Assembly (NCBI GenBank): GCA_002269645.1
Contig: NIVC01000175.1
Span: 248,001 to 312,000, forward strand
Reading direction: 5' to 3'
Source of the DNA: Macrostomum lignano
Taxonomy: Eukaryota
Length of the DNA stretch: 64,000 bases
Shown here: positions 21,776-33,260 of the stretch, piece by piece
Position numbering within the stretch: the stretch's first letter is position 1
Layout of the letters: the number at the start of each line of letters is the position of its first letter
Notes under the pieces: model-generated
The model's database searches: none
What the model was told of the DNA's origin: nothing
Seen by the model: the letters and a program-made list of their open reading frames with translations, nothing else
Translations under genes and position numbers: made by a program

Positions 21776-22276
21776 ATGCAACGCTCTGGCGGTAACTTAG
21801 ACTCACATGGACTGATAGAAAAGCTTCCTCATCCAAACAAAGGCTGGACACTTCCCGGCTATAAATATTGCGGGCCTTTGAATCCGCTTGAAATACAGCT
21901 GGATGGAAGCAACAACCCAAATCCTGGGCATGAGCCTGTGAACGAGCTAGACTCTGTCTGCATGTGGCACGACGTTAAATATAGAGATTTTCCTGAGGAG
22001 AAGAATCGCTGGGACAAAGAAATGCTCAGGAGACTCGACAATATGGGGATTTCAAGTGGGTGGAAGGAATCGATCGCTCGGAAGCTAGTTAAAGCTGTTA
22101 TTTTTGGTAAGACAAAATTGGGGTTGGGGGTGGGCGCTGAGGGTGGGTGTTTGGGAAGAGAGGGTGGGTGCACGGGGAGAGAGGGTGGACGCTCGGGAGC
22201 AGGGTTTATTTTGTGCGTTCCTAACAATGAACTGGGAAGACTGCTGAAAGAGCTGGGGGTTGAGAGAGACGTTTGA
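21776..22276 (+). CDS. Parvovirus VP1-type phospholipase A2 domain protein
   Basis: LPGYKYCGPLN (Ca-loop like) and PVNELDSVCMWHDVKY (HD catalytic dyad). Confidence 0.85.
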   Translation: MQRSGGNLDSHGLIEKLPHPNKGWTLPGYKYCGPLNPLEIQLDGSNNPNPGHEPVNELDSVCMWHDVKYRDFPEEKNRWDKEMLRRLDNMGISSGWKESIARKLVKAVIFGKTKLGLGVGAEGGCLGREGGCTGREGGRSGAGFILCVPNNELGRLLKELGVERDV

Positions 22277-22467
22277 GTCGGGAAGGGTTTAACTATTATT
22301 CTCAGCCCTGGCCAAACGCGACAGCTGCATTTGAAAAGTTGAGAAGCAGAAGGGGGGGGGGTCGATCGCTCGGAAGCTAGTTAAAGCAAGTAAAAAAATT
22401 CAGCTCATTTTGCTCGCACACGTTCTTCGTCACGCAATACTGCACCGTTGTGGCTGCTGATTTCATT

Positions 22468-23286
22468 ATGTTGTAAGTTTATTCATTTTTTACTTACTGA
22501 AATTCTAGAATTGAAAAATCTCTTATTTTAATTAAATCTTTGTTTTTTAGTTCACAAAAAATTACGTTCTACTCGACCGACCTAGAAAATCTCCACGGTC
22601 GCCTTGTTGAAGGATTAAATGCCGATGAACAGGCATCAGAGCGAATTCAAGAAGTTCTCCACAATTTCTTCAATGAAAAAGTTAAGAACCAGCGAATTCG
22701 TTCAAGAGCGGCCGAGGAGACCCAGGTTCGCAACTATGCCATGAGAACCGAAATGGTGTTTGACGAACTTCGCCGATCATTTGTTGCTGATGAAGATACA
22801 CTTCTTAGTTATCAACAAATGAGGAACTTTGTTGCCCAATTCCAAATGGATTCGGTCGATTCTTATCGTACGCACCATACAAATCTCTTGCAAACGGAGC
22901 AACAGGTGGATGGAAAGTCTGTTGCCGCGGCTTTCTGTATGGGGCTTATATATAAGAAGGCAAAATCCAGACGGCGGGCATCAAATCGAAGGGTTGCGGA
23001 AACTTTTGGTGTGAAGGAACATGAGGTGCAGAAGAAGCTCAAAATCTATGAACTTCTGACGTCGCTGCCTCGGTTGCAACACTGTAAAGCTTAAGTTTCC
23101 TTCTTGTTGGATAACGCTACTCTCATTTTAAGTGAGTACCGCTACCAACGTGACGCAAATATTTGGACTGACCCAACAGTTCCGCAAGCCAATCAAATGC
23201 CAGAAGGTGCTCATGGTAACGTTGTTATCCCTGGGGCGGCAAATGTGGCAGCAGCTGGTGGAACCGAGGATATGCAGGAGGGTTAA
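22468..23286 (+). pseudogene. Spliced accessory gene inside the Polinton, with a probable internal nonsense codon
   Basis: ATGTT|GTAAGT (22473)...TTTTTTAG| (22550) joins in frame to MFSQKITFY. TAA at 23092-23094 is followed by an in-frame continuation to 23286. Confidence 0.55.
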
Positions 23287-23344
23287 AGACACAATACGCG
23301 CTTGCATACCCAGTAAGTATAAATCTCCTGGAAGAACTCTGCCC

Positions 23345-23834
23345 TATACAATTTGCTGTACACGAAATGAGCGGGAGGAAAATCAAAATTCTTCTGGATC
23401 CGAATAATATCGATTTTGGATTGTGCGAGGATCTGCTCGTATACCCAGAAGTATAAATCTATATCAACCCTCGAAGAACTCTGCCCTAGCTGGACTGGAA
23501 AATGAAAAAGAAATGAAAAGAAATTTCTTTACTAGCTGTGGCTAGAACTGCATTGCATTCTCTCGAGTCTATAAAATCTATAGTTAACAACTCCAAGTCC
23601 AAGAGACAAGGGCGTTCTAGCTTCTATTGTGCTACAATTGAGGCACTGGTAAGCAAGAGAGGGAGAGAGGGACGGGACGGGAGCCATGGACGGGACGGGG
23701 CTGCTAGAGTCTGGCAAGCGGGCAGAATTATGGGGCTATTGCCATATACAATTTGCTGTACACGAAATGAGCGGGAGGAAAATCAATATTCTTCTGGATC
23801 CGAATAATATCGATTTTGGATTGTGCGAGGATCT
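23345..23834. repeat. 90-bp direct repeat, copies at 23345-23434 and 23745-23834
   Basis: One mismatch; copies are exactly 400 bp apart. Confidence 0.9.
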
Positions 23835-23868
23835 ACAATATCTTGTTCTTTCATTTCCAGCCGTGCAA

Positions 23869-24240
23869 CTAGCTCGCACGTCGCGGAGTAAATTCTCGGC
23901 CGGATAGCCCTGCACACTCAGTGTCTGCTCTTTCCTCCATATTTCCTCCTGTTTTATGTAAATATACTTGTGAATAAATGAACTCAGTATGTTTTTTAGT
24001 AAGCTTCAACTGCCTTATAACTTCAGCAAAGTTATAGTAGCTGTCAAAATCGTTAATGACTACTCCATGTTTTTCAAACCAGTGAGATTTAAGTGCTTGA
24101 TTAATATTAGGGACATTGATATCAACGCCGGGCCAATATTTTCTCATGTACTCCTTGCATTCTAGTTTGCATTGGTACCTACTCTTGTAATTAGGCTCGT
24201 GCGCTTTGTAATAAGAACCTGGAGAGACAACTGGAAACAT
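23869..24240 (-). CDS. 123-aa inverted paralogue of 5436-5675 with a C-terminal extension
   Basis: MFPVVSPGSYYKAHEPNY...DSYYNFAEVIRQL followed by about 45 extra residues. Confidence 0.7.
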   Translation of the reverse strand: MFPVVSPGSYYKAHEPNYKSRYQCKLECKEYMRKYWPGVDINVPNINQALKSHWFEKHGVVINDFDSYYNFAEVIRQLKLTKKHTEFIYSQVYLHKTGGNMEERADTECAGLSGREFTPRRAS

Positions 24241-24275
24241 TTTTATTGAGAATTTTATTTTTTTCAAAGGGTGAG

Positions 24276-24745
24276 GACCCTGCGCTGATGATTTAAAGTC
24301 TTTGGGATCTGGTTTCGTGTTGCGAATTGAATGTGGGGAGAAGAATGTAGATTATTTTCTGTTTGTTTCGAAGATGCTATGGGTGGATGTCAGTGGATTA
24401 TGTAGGACACTTGTTATGCTCTGATAATATAGATGGATTTTGGGGGATTATGGATGACGTTTTGTGAGCGAGTAGGACATCTGTTATGCTCTGATTCTGT
24501 CGGAGATAATATGGATGGATTTAGGGGGATTATGTTCGAAGTTTTCGGAGCGAGTACGACATCTGTTATGCTCCGATTCTGTCGGGGATAATATGGATGG
24601 ATTTAGGAGGATTATGTTCGAAGTTTTCGGAGCGAGTGCGACCCCCCTTTTTTTCTGATTCTGTCAGGGATAATATGGATGGATTTAATGGGATTATGGA
24701 GGAAGTGAAAAATTTTGTCCCAGAAGCCCCCTCATGCATTCTACT
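24276..24745 (-). repeat. Right TIR of the Polinton, one 82-bp unit shorter than the left
   Basis: Reverse complement of the left TIR, lacking one internal unit equivalent to 5058-5139. Confidence 0.92.
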
Positions 24746-27700
24746 CCAGATGGTCTTCCTGCGTCATTTTTCATTTTTCAAGCTCTCGATCGAAAGCTCT
24801 AGTACAATCCTCCGACCAGATAAAAGGAGTGGTGGGCTTCCGCAGACGGTTCAATGGTGCATTAACTTTGGAAGAAAATTCAGGAATGAGACGTCCAAAA
24901 AAATGACCAGCCCCAAAAACTGCTCGACCTCCGAAGAAAGTGCAATGTCATCGCATGAGTCAGAGTACTTTCTCGTTGACACTGACTTTCTTCTCTGCCA
25001 GCCTCGACTCGTCTTAACTGAGGTCTGCAGTATCGCTTACTAAGCGAGTCGGCATTCTCAGCAAGATAATATCTAGAACATCATCTTGAAAAAATAAGTG
25101 ACATGGAACCTTATTACATGTAGTGACTCAAGGTAAGGTTGATGCGAAGAGAGGCAACCCACACAATCTCTATGAATCCACTGCACCAGATGCCAGTCCA
25201 GTGGAATACATGTACACTAAGTAACCTGTCATACTATGAGTAGTGCCATAGGCGCACTTGTGTCTGTTTATTACATTTCGTGCGGGGAGTCAACGGATTG
25301 CAACTGCAGAGAATTGAGCAATCGTGCAGAAAAGCTTTTTTCTCTGAGAGAAGAAACGTTGCAAAGAGGGCTTTTTATGAAGAATATCTTTCAGTAAGCA
25401 AGCAGTGACACAGTTGCAGATGTGCTAGCTGGTTGTTGGAGTCTATACTGATAATCCACGCGAGGGACGCCTGCGGGAAGTGCCGGCATGAGGGTAGGGA
25501 GCTGAGTCTGCCGATGCTCTGGGTGAGTGAGCTGAGTTTTGAGTCTTTAGTCTTTGACTGCTGCATTACCTTGTCGATCTCTTGAACGGCATATCAAGGA
25601 GCCCTCGGAGACCTCCTGAGGACTTCCAGCGCAGAGTCGACGGCTTCATCTGCAGCTTCAACCGTGGCTGGTCGGAGTACATGAACGTCAGCGGATTCGT
25701 TCAGAGCGAGAGAGTCTCAACTACTGGATGGGGCTGAAGCAGCTGCACTAGCTCACCGCCGCTGCAGTGTGGAGAGTCCACTGGGAGTCAGCGACTGAAA
25801 CGGAACCTTATACCTGGCTGAGAATGCTCCATTTTCTGTTGGCCCAGCGGCTAACAAAAGTACAGCTGTACTCGATGGGATCGCTGGACGCGAGCAGGTT
25901 GAGTGTCAGACTGCAAACTGATTGGTACTGGTCTCAGCTGGTCGCCCAAAGAGAGGTCCCGCCGGCTGGTGGTACGATCAATGCACTTTTATCAACTCCA
26001 ACGGAGTGTTCCGGCCTGCTTCTAAGCGTAGGAATGTACTATCATCTGCCCTGATGCGATGAAGCTCGAACTTCGAATGTTTGATTCGCCAGTATCGTGA
26101 TGACGGAGAGCCAATCCGTCTAGCTAAAAAAACTGCATGGATTGATAAAACTTAACAGTCTTAACTTTTCTTCTAGACAGTTGACGGCTGCCTACATGTA
26201 GTATGTCAGGTCGAGAGCTCAGATGCCTATTATGAACTTTCGGTTAGGTTAGTCAATAACGCCCATAGGAGCTGGCCTTGTGAAGGATTATGCATTTCGG
26301 CAATGAGAAGTTTCGGCCTAGAACCGCCCATTTTTATCAACAAAAGTGCTCTATTTCACGATATTTTTTGCAAAAAGATAATATTTATGAAAAAGATATT
26401 GTGACGTTGTCCTGCAGTTTCAAGGGCCATTTTGACATACGGTACAATCTTTAAAATTACCGGTTTCGTATTCTCACGTCTGCCTAAAGTAGTGCCCTAA
26501 GAATTTTAATCAGCTGCGTACAATTGTAAACCCTGCGTACAGCGCGCGATCGATAATTTCTGTTTCTGTTTTTCCCAGCCGGCCAATAGGAAAGCCACGC
26601 ATTAATTATACTAATTTCTCCTCGCGCGCCACCCCCAGCCCGCTCCTTATCAGTTCTGTCTGGCCGTGCGCTCGGGCTTTAGACTCCTTTAGACTCCTTT
26701 AGACTCCTTTAGACCCTTGCGATCCTTGCGAGTTGCGACCCGTTTGGAGCCTTTACCTGTTTAGACTCCTTTGCTCCGCCGCCACCCTTGCGAGCCCGTG
26801 TAGACTGTAGACTCTTGCCGCCTTTACTTGTTTACTTGCCTTCTCTCTCTCCGCCACGATTCTAGCCGCGCCTCTGCCACTCTCAGCCACGCCACTTCTG
26901 CTAAGCTATCTAACTTGTTGTGTAGCCGCCAGTGCATTGTTACGCCTTACTTTTGTTGACAATAAATATCAAGTCTGCAGCCATCGATCGCATTAACATT
27001 AACTAATATTACTGCCAAGTGCTACCGCTACAAATTTGCCTCTACCGCATTTATTTGCCTTCGCTTCTTGAGGCCGCCACACCTATATCGTCACAATTAG
27101 TTATAGTCCAATTTGTTTTAATGTGTAGCGCTGTGGGGCGGTGCGGTGCGTGTTTTAGGGAGACCCAACTTGCAGTCTCCCGAATTCCTAGCAGGCAGGC
27201 TGGCCTGCAAATTGATTGATCCATGAGCCGACAGACAAAAAGGCGGCGGATGAAGTCACTGCACATCAGTTCTAACTCGGCTACTTAATATATCCAATGC
27301 ACTTGCAGGACAATGTTAAACAAGAAGCATTGTGTGCGCTGAGTCTCCTGCTATCTCTGCACTCTGCATGCACTGCAGTCTACACTGCACAGCACAGCAG
27401 GCAGCAGGCATCAGCTTTTTCATAGTTTATTTTTTGTGTACGGCCAACTACAAATACCAGGCAAGGGTATTACTGGTAAGTTAGGCTGTGCCTAAAGATT
27501 GCTACATTGAGTTGTTGTTTGGCTAAACATTAACTGCTTTACATAGCAGTTAGTTAGTTTTTTAGCAGTACCAAACTTAAGTTAGGCCTAAAATTTAGGA
27601 AGATGCTTTTCTTTTCAATTTTATCTCTGTTTCATTAGAATTTGCTTAATAAATAATCTTTAAGATGGACATACACATTTTTTGAATTTGAAGTATTAAT

Positions 27701-27805
27701 TATCAATTACTAGGATAGGATAAGATCTCATCAACTGAACATGAAAGTGTCATTTTTTGACATTCTCTCATAGATAGCAAAAAAAGTTTTATATGTAATG
27801 AAATG

Positions 27806-28361
27806 AGGCGATCATGAACTTTCCCGCATTTAATTATTTTTTTATCTTGTTCGTAACCTTTAAGTGCGGGGTGATGAAAATTAGTATTATTAAAGTTCAG
27901 GGGCATAAAAAACACTAGGTACCACGATTATTAGTTAATAAAGAGTCACAGTCAGCAGGGGTAGTAGTGGCAGATCCAGAATAGGATGTGTCCGAACTGC
28001 AGATTCGGGAACATCCGGCGCCACATAAATTCCTGGAGATATGTCTCAAACAGGCCATCGGAGGTACCGTGCATCGCTCGGAACTTCGCCTTGCAGTTCT
28101 CCCACATTCCCCATGACGGTGTTTGTATGGGCATCCGGATTGGCAGGGTCAGCCACTGGACTGCTGTGTCATCCGTCAGCAGGGCCAGCTCACGGTGGTT
28201 GAGGTCCAACTCGGTCAGCTCAATGGCAGGAAGAACATCGGCTGGCTCGACTATAGTTGTTGGTGCGGCAGGTCTTCCGGCCATGTCTTCAATGTCTTCA
28301 AAGCTGGAAATTTACAAACAAGATAAAAAATAATTAAACGCGGGAAAGTTCATGATCGCCT
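27806..28361 (-). mobile_element. Internally deleted Merlin/IS1595-like DNA transposon remnant
   Basis: ORF 27952-28284 ends in KFRAMHGTS...YLQEFMWRR (ISXO2-like C-terminus); 45-46-bp inverted repeats at 27806-27851 and 28317-28361. Confidence 0.7.
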
Positions 28362-29204
28362 GAAATGAAACTACCCAAAAGTTGTTTAAAACATTTTTTC
28401 TTTCAAATAAATGTTTGCTTTACTTTATTGCACAAGTAGAAAAAAGTTATTGGTGATTTTATCTCAAAACTAAATCATGATTCTAGGGTATCTTCAAACT
28501 GAACAAGTTATCTAATGTTCGGTTTTTGTGTTTAAACACTAATAACTTTTTTATTTCTTGTTCATTTTTTCTAAAATATATATTATTATAAAGATTAATT
28601 CATACTCTTTCTAAAAAGTATAACTTTTGCACAGATAGATATAGAAAAATATTGTTTATTTGCATTTGAATATAGTACCCCCCATTTAATATAAAAATTG
28701 TGATTTTTTTATTATTTTTTTGCCATTTCTTTAAACTCTTTCACGCCAAATGGATAAAAATTATATTAGGTGCCTTTGCAATTCTATAATATCTCACCAA
28801 TTTGTCACCAAGTTATAGTAGGTCTACTACTCCCAACTACTTAGAATTCCCTTTGTTAGTCACCAAGTTTTTGTATGCCTTCTGGCTCTGTCTATTTAAA
28901 TCCTACTAAATATCACTAAGATGCCTACTTTAAGTAGCATTGGCTGCTCTAAACTATTATTTTTCTTAGAAATTCTTAACTCACACGATTTCTTAGAAAC
29001 CTTGTAATAGCATGTAGTGCCCAAGCAGTAAGACATTGTCTAATTCCCAATCTCAGTCTGAAAGCCTAGCATTTTCCAAGGATCAAGGGTGTCTAGCGGT
29101 GGCTAATCTATTCCCTTAATACTTAACTTCCTAGTGCCTAATACCTATTGTTAGCCTGTATGGCTTTCTTAGGGTCTGTACAACCTCGAGATTCCTCTTT
29201 AGGC

Positions 29205-29545
29205 CTCTATCCTGGGTCTTCACGACCTCTAATTTTCCCTAGTCAGACTCCTAATTCTGGGTCTCCATGACCTCAAGTTTCCCTAGGCAGATTCCTCATT
29301 TTGGGACTCCATGACCTCAAGTTTCTCCTAGGCAGGTTCCTAGTTTTGGATCTCCACGACCTTAAGTTTCCCCTAGGCAGGTTCCTAGTTTTGGGTCTCT
29401 ACGACCTCAAGTTTCCCTAGGCAGGTTCCTAGTTTTGGGTCTCCATGACCTTAAGTTTCCCCTAGGCAGGTTCCTAGTTTTGGGTCTCTACAACCTTAAG
29501 TTTCCCTAGGCAGGTTCCTAGTTTGGGTCTCCACAACCTTAGTTT
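29205..29545. repeat. About 40-bp tandem repeat (TTTTGGGTCTCCATGACCTCAAGTTTCCCTAGGCAGGTTCCTAG-like), about 8 copies
   Basis: Direct reading. Confidence 0.85.
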
Positions 29546-29989
29546 CTCCTGAACACAAAGAAACAATGAGAAAAGTCATACATGCGCAACTTCTGAAATT
29601 ACGCTGGCCGTGCGACTTAGTTTTCGATAAAAAATGCGACTTACCTATGAAAGAGCCATGCAAAAACCTTAGGTAAACGGCAGGAGTAACTATGACCATA
29701 TTTTTAAAGCTAAATGCCTCGCCAGCTAATTAGTGCTGCGTGCAGATTCCGCGTTTTTATAACAGCTAATCAGTGTCATCTAGTGGCGGCATGAAGCAAT
29801 TAGTAAATTGTCAGTACAGTGTAGTGAGCATACTACAAAAGTCATGATTCATGAATGTCCAGAAGTAAGTGAAGTGAATACAGTGTGACCTATAGCTCAA
29901 GAACGATTCGCTAGACGATTTGGCATGGAAGATGAGAGCCCTGACTGATTCAGATGGCTCATCAGATGTAGAATACGAATCCAGTAGAG

Positions 29990-30917
29990 ATACAAGCTGT
30001 GAAAACCCACAGATTTTTAAACCACTGAATTCTAATTCCCGGAACTATTTTTGCATAGATTCTAAATTTGAAGTCATGCTCAAACAAAAACTTGTTAACA
30101 GTTAGGAAAAAGGCAAAGATGGGAGTAATGCATGTTAAACTAAGATTTGAGGCCTTTGCAAATTCTCTCCATTCCTCAATCTTCTCATCCTCTTTTTCTT
30201 TTCTCTCTCATCCCTTATCTTTTCTCTCTTTCCTCTCCTCTCTCCCGTCTTTCCTCTCCTCTCCTATCTCTTCTGTCTCCTCTCTACATTCTTATCTCTC
30301 CTCTTGTCTCTCTCCATTCCACTCTACTCTCTCATCTTATCTTCCCTCTCGTCTCTCTCCACTCTACTCTCTCATCTTATCTCTCCTCTCTTTTCTACTC
30401 TCTCATCTCTCCTCTCTTCACTCTCCTCTCATCTCCTCTTTATCCTCTCTTCTCTCATCTACTCTCTCCTCTTTCCTCTTTCCTCTCTTCTGATCTCATC
30501 CATCATCTTTTCTTTCCTCTTTCCTCTAATCTCCTCTTCTCTCTCATCTCTTTTTCCTCCCTCAGCTTTTCTCTCCCCTTCTATCTTTTCTCCCATCGCA
30601 TCGCTCGCCTCTCCTCTGTTTGCTTATCTCTAATCTTCTATTCCCTCTACTTTGAAGTAAGAAAATATGCACATATTTTTGCTGAAGATAAGAGGAGAGA
30701 AGAGGGCATTGAGGAGAAAGGGTAGAGAGAAAGGGGGAGAAGAGAGGAGAGAGAAGAGGGAAAAGGGGGAGAGAGAGAAGAGGGGAGGCAAGGTAGAGAA
30801 GAAGAGAGAGATGAGAGTTGAAGAGACACCAACCTTGCTAGTTAGGAAGTTTCAAAGAACCCGAGGGGCGAGGGCCAGATAGAGGGGCTTCGCGAGCCGG
30901 AGTTTGCCAACCCCTGC
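29990..30917 (+). repeat. Dispersed repeat with a long CT/GA low-complexity body; related copies at about 57640-59060 (inverted) and 61330-61410
   Basis: Shared unique lead GGAACTATTTTT...AAGTCA...CAAACAAAAACTTGTTAA; ends in a hAT-MITE-like GTTTGCCAACCCCTG. Confidence 0.65.
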
Positions 30918-31090
30918 TCCAGAGTTTAAGAAATCAATGGGAAACTGTTGACGCGGGCTTCTGATTTCAAAGATCTTGTCTGTGGTTGAAGGCTTCTATT
31001 CTGTTTTTGCTCTCCTGCCACACTTGCACCTACTACCCCCTGATTGCCTCTGATTGTGACTTACTTCCCTCTTATTGCGACTTAGTTGCT

Positions 31091-31795
31091 TCTTTTTGCG
31101 ACTTACCTAATCCTTTTTGCGACTTACCTAATCCTTTTTGCGACTTACCTAACCCTTTTGCGACTTACCTAATCCTTTTGCGACTTAGCTGATCCTTTTA
31201 CGACTTACCTAATCCTTTTTGCGACTTACCTAATCCTTTTTGCGACTTACCTAACCCTTTTGCGACTTACCTAACCCTTTTGCGACTTACCTAATCCTTT
31301 TGCGACTTACCTAACCCTTTTGCGACTTACCTAATCCTTTTGCGACTTAGCTGATCCTTTTGCGACTTACCTAATCCTTTTTGCGACTTACCTAATCCTT
31401 TTTGCGACTTACCTAACCCTTTTGCGACTTACCTAACCCTTTTGCGACTTACCTAATCCTTTTGCGACTTACCTAACCCTTTTGCGACTTACCTAATCCT
31501 TTTGCGACTTACCTAACCCTTTTGCGACTTACCTAATCCTTTTGCGACTTAGCTGATCCTTTTGCGACTTACCTAATCCTTTTTGCGACTTACCTAACCC
31601 TTTTGCGACTTACCTGATCCTTTTTGCGACTTAGTTTGCTTCTTTTGCAACTTACCTGATTCCTGTTGCGACTTACCTGATCCTTTTTGCGACTTAGTTT
31701 GCTTCTTTTGCGACTTACCTGATTCCTGTTGCGACTTACCTGATCCTTTTTGCGACTTACCTGATTATTTTTACAACTTAGTTTGCTTCTTTTGC
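31091..31795. repeat. 21-22-bp satellite (TTTTGCGACTTACCTAAYCC) containing telomere-like CCTAA/CCTAACCC
   Basis: Direct reading; about 30 units, more degenerate at the 3' end. Confidence 0.92.
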
Positions 31796-32472
31796 GAATT
31801 GTTTTTCTTTTGCTTCACCATTTTCCCTGAACTGCTCTTTCTTTCGCTTTCCTCTTGCCTTTCTTGGTTCTTGTGTTTTTCTGTTTTTGGTTGACTCAAT
31901 TTTGCGACTTACCCCTGGTCAGCCACGATTTACGGTGGCCGGATCGGCCAGGTCGGCCAGCAGTTGCGCATGTATGAGAAAAGTCTTAGCCAAACTTTGA
32001 GTCTGCTTACTAAGAGCCAGTGGTGGGATTGAGGTGCGAATTCGCGCCTGGCGCGAATTTCAGTAAAGATGGCGCGAATACGCGATTTTTCAGGTGTGGT
32101 GCGGATTTTGAGGCATGAATGGTGCGGATTTATATTTAGTGTGTGCAGTTTATGTTGCAACTTCATTTTCTTTCAAGTGTGGCTCTGGGCTTGTATCGAG
32201 CAAGATGTATGAACGGTTGCATTCTTAGCTTCCCTACAGATAATAAATATAACTCCACTAGCTCTGTTTTTTTGCACAAATATAGTGTGGTGACTTGCTA
32301 GGAGGTAACTACGAGGTAGGTAGGTAGGTAGGCATATTTAGAGACGGGAGGAAGGCTTCTAGCATAGATCTTAGAGCTTTGTTGAATCCTTTCAGCGGCG
32401 CTTTGCGCCAAGTTAGACGCTATTGCTTGCTAATAGGCCGGCCATGTCAATGGCCCGCTGCGCTGTGGTACT

Positions 32473-33260
32473 ATGTCTGGTCCTACTCGAGGTGCCAGCA
32501 TCGGTAAGCCTGCCAGGCGCCTCTTTGCAGACATGTCTGCTACTGACCAGCAGGTTTGCTTGAAGTCAGTGAAGGCATTCTTTAAGAAGGGGACCGAGAA
32601 GCTGTTCAAATATTTGCCGCTTGGCAGTCCAATCCTCCGTGCATGCCAACTTCTGGACCCCAAAAAGCAATCTAGCAGTCATTTCGTTCACTGGGCTACC
32701 ACTGTAGCCAGTCAGCTGCCTACAATTGTACCAGAAGCCAATATTGACAGCCTGCGGGTCAAGGCTCGCCTTCATCAGCACAATCTGCTCAATGGTGACG
32801 CTGAAGTCGCAAATGAGACAGTGACTGACTTCTGGAGCAAAGTCACCATTGCTGGCAACTGCCCTCTACTGATGCGCATAGCACGAGTGTTAGCTATCTT
32901 GCCTCATGGCAATGCTGAAGTTGAGGGTATTTTTAGCAACTTAAACGATGTTGTGATGAAAAAACGCTCCAGCCTGGGGCTGCAGACCATCAAGGCACTC
33001 GTTGTTTCGTAGTCCTGCCTACAGACAAAGCATTGGTCAGCTGCTACACTGCCAGTCTCCTTGAGGCTGAAGAATTTGTGCGCCAGTGCTGCTGCTGCAT
33101 ATTGGTGACAACTGGAAGAAGAGAAGGCTGCGGATGAACAGCGGAAGCGAGAGGAGCTCGAGAAGCAAGTTTTGATGGAGCTGCAAAGTGAGAAGAGTGC
33201 CAGCAAGGTGTATCGTGACTTGGAAAAGTCTATCAATGCGACGGCAGATGCAATCAAGCA
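32473..33260 (+). pseudogene. hAT transposase C-terminal (dimerisation domain) fragment
   Basis: DFWSK...PLLMRIARVLAILPHGNAEVEGIFS...KRSSL; in-frame stops downstream. Confidence 0.75.

Larger units (their letters stand above)
4847..24745. mobile_element. Full-length Polinton/Maverick (adintovirus-like endogenous DNA virus), 19,899 bp
   Basis: Ends AGTAGAATGCATGA...TCATGCATTCTACT; identical 6-bp flanks CCAGAT at 4841-4846 and 24746-24751; long TIRs; pPolB, integrase, ATPase, protease and two capsid genes. Confidence 0.97.

Noticed and set aside
25300-26060. Coding-like minus-strand stretch right of the Polinton
   Set aside because: Several in-frame stops and no recognisable domain.
30068-30882. 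Ser/Leu-rich and Glu/Arg-rich ORFs (also 4323-4706 and 57727-58923)
   Set aside because: Artefacts of CT/GA low-complexity tracts.
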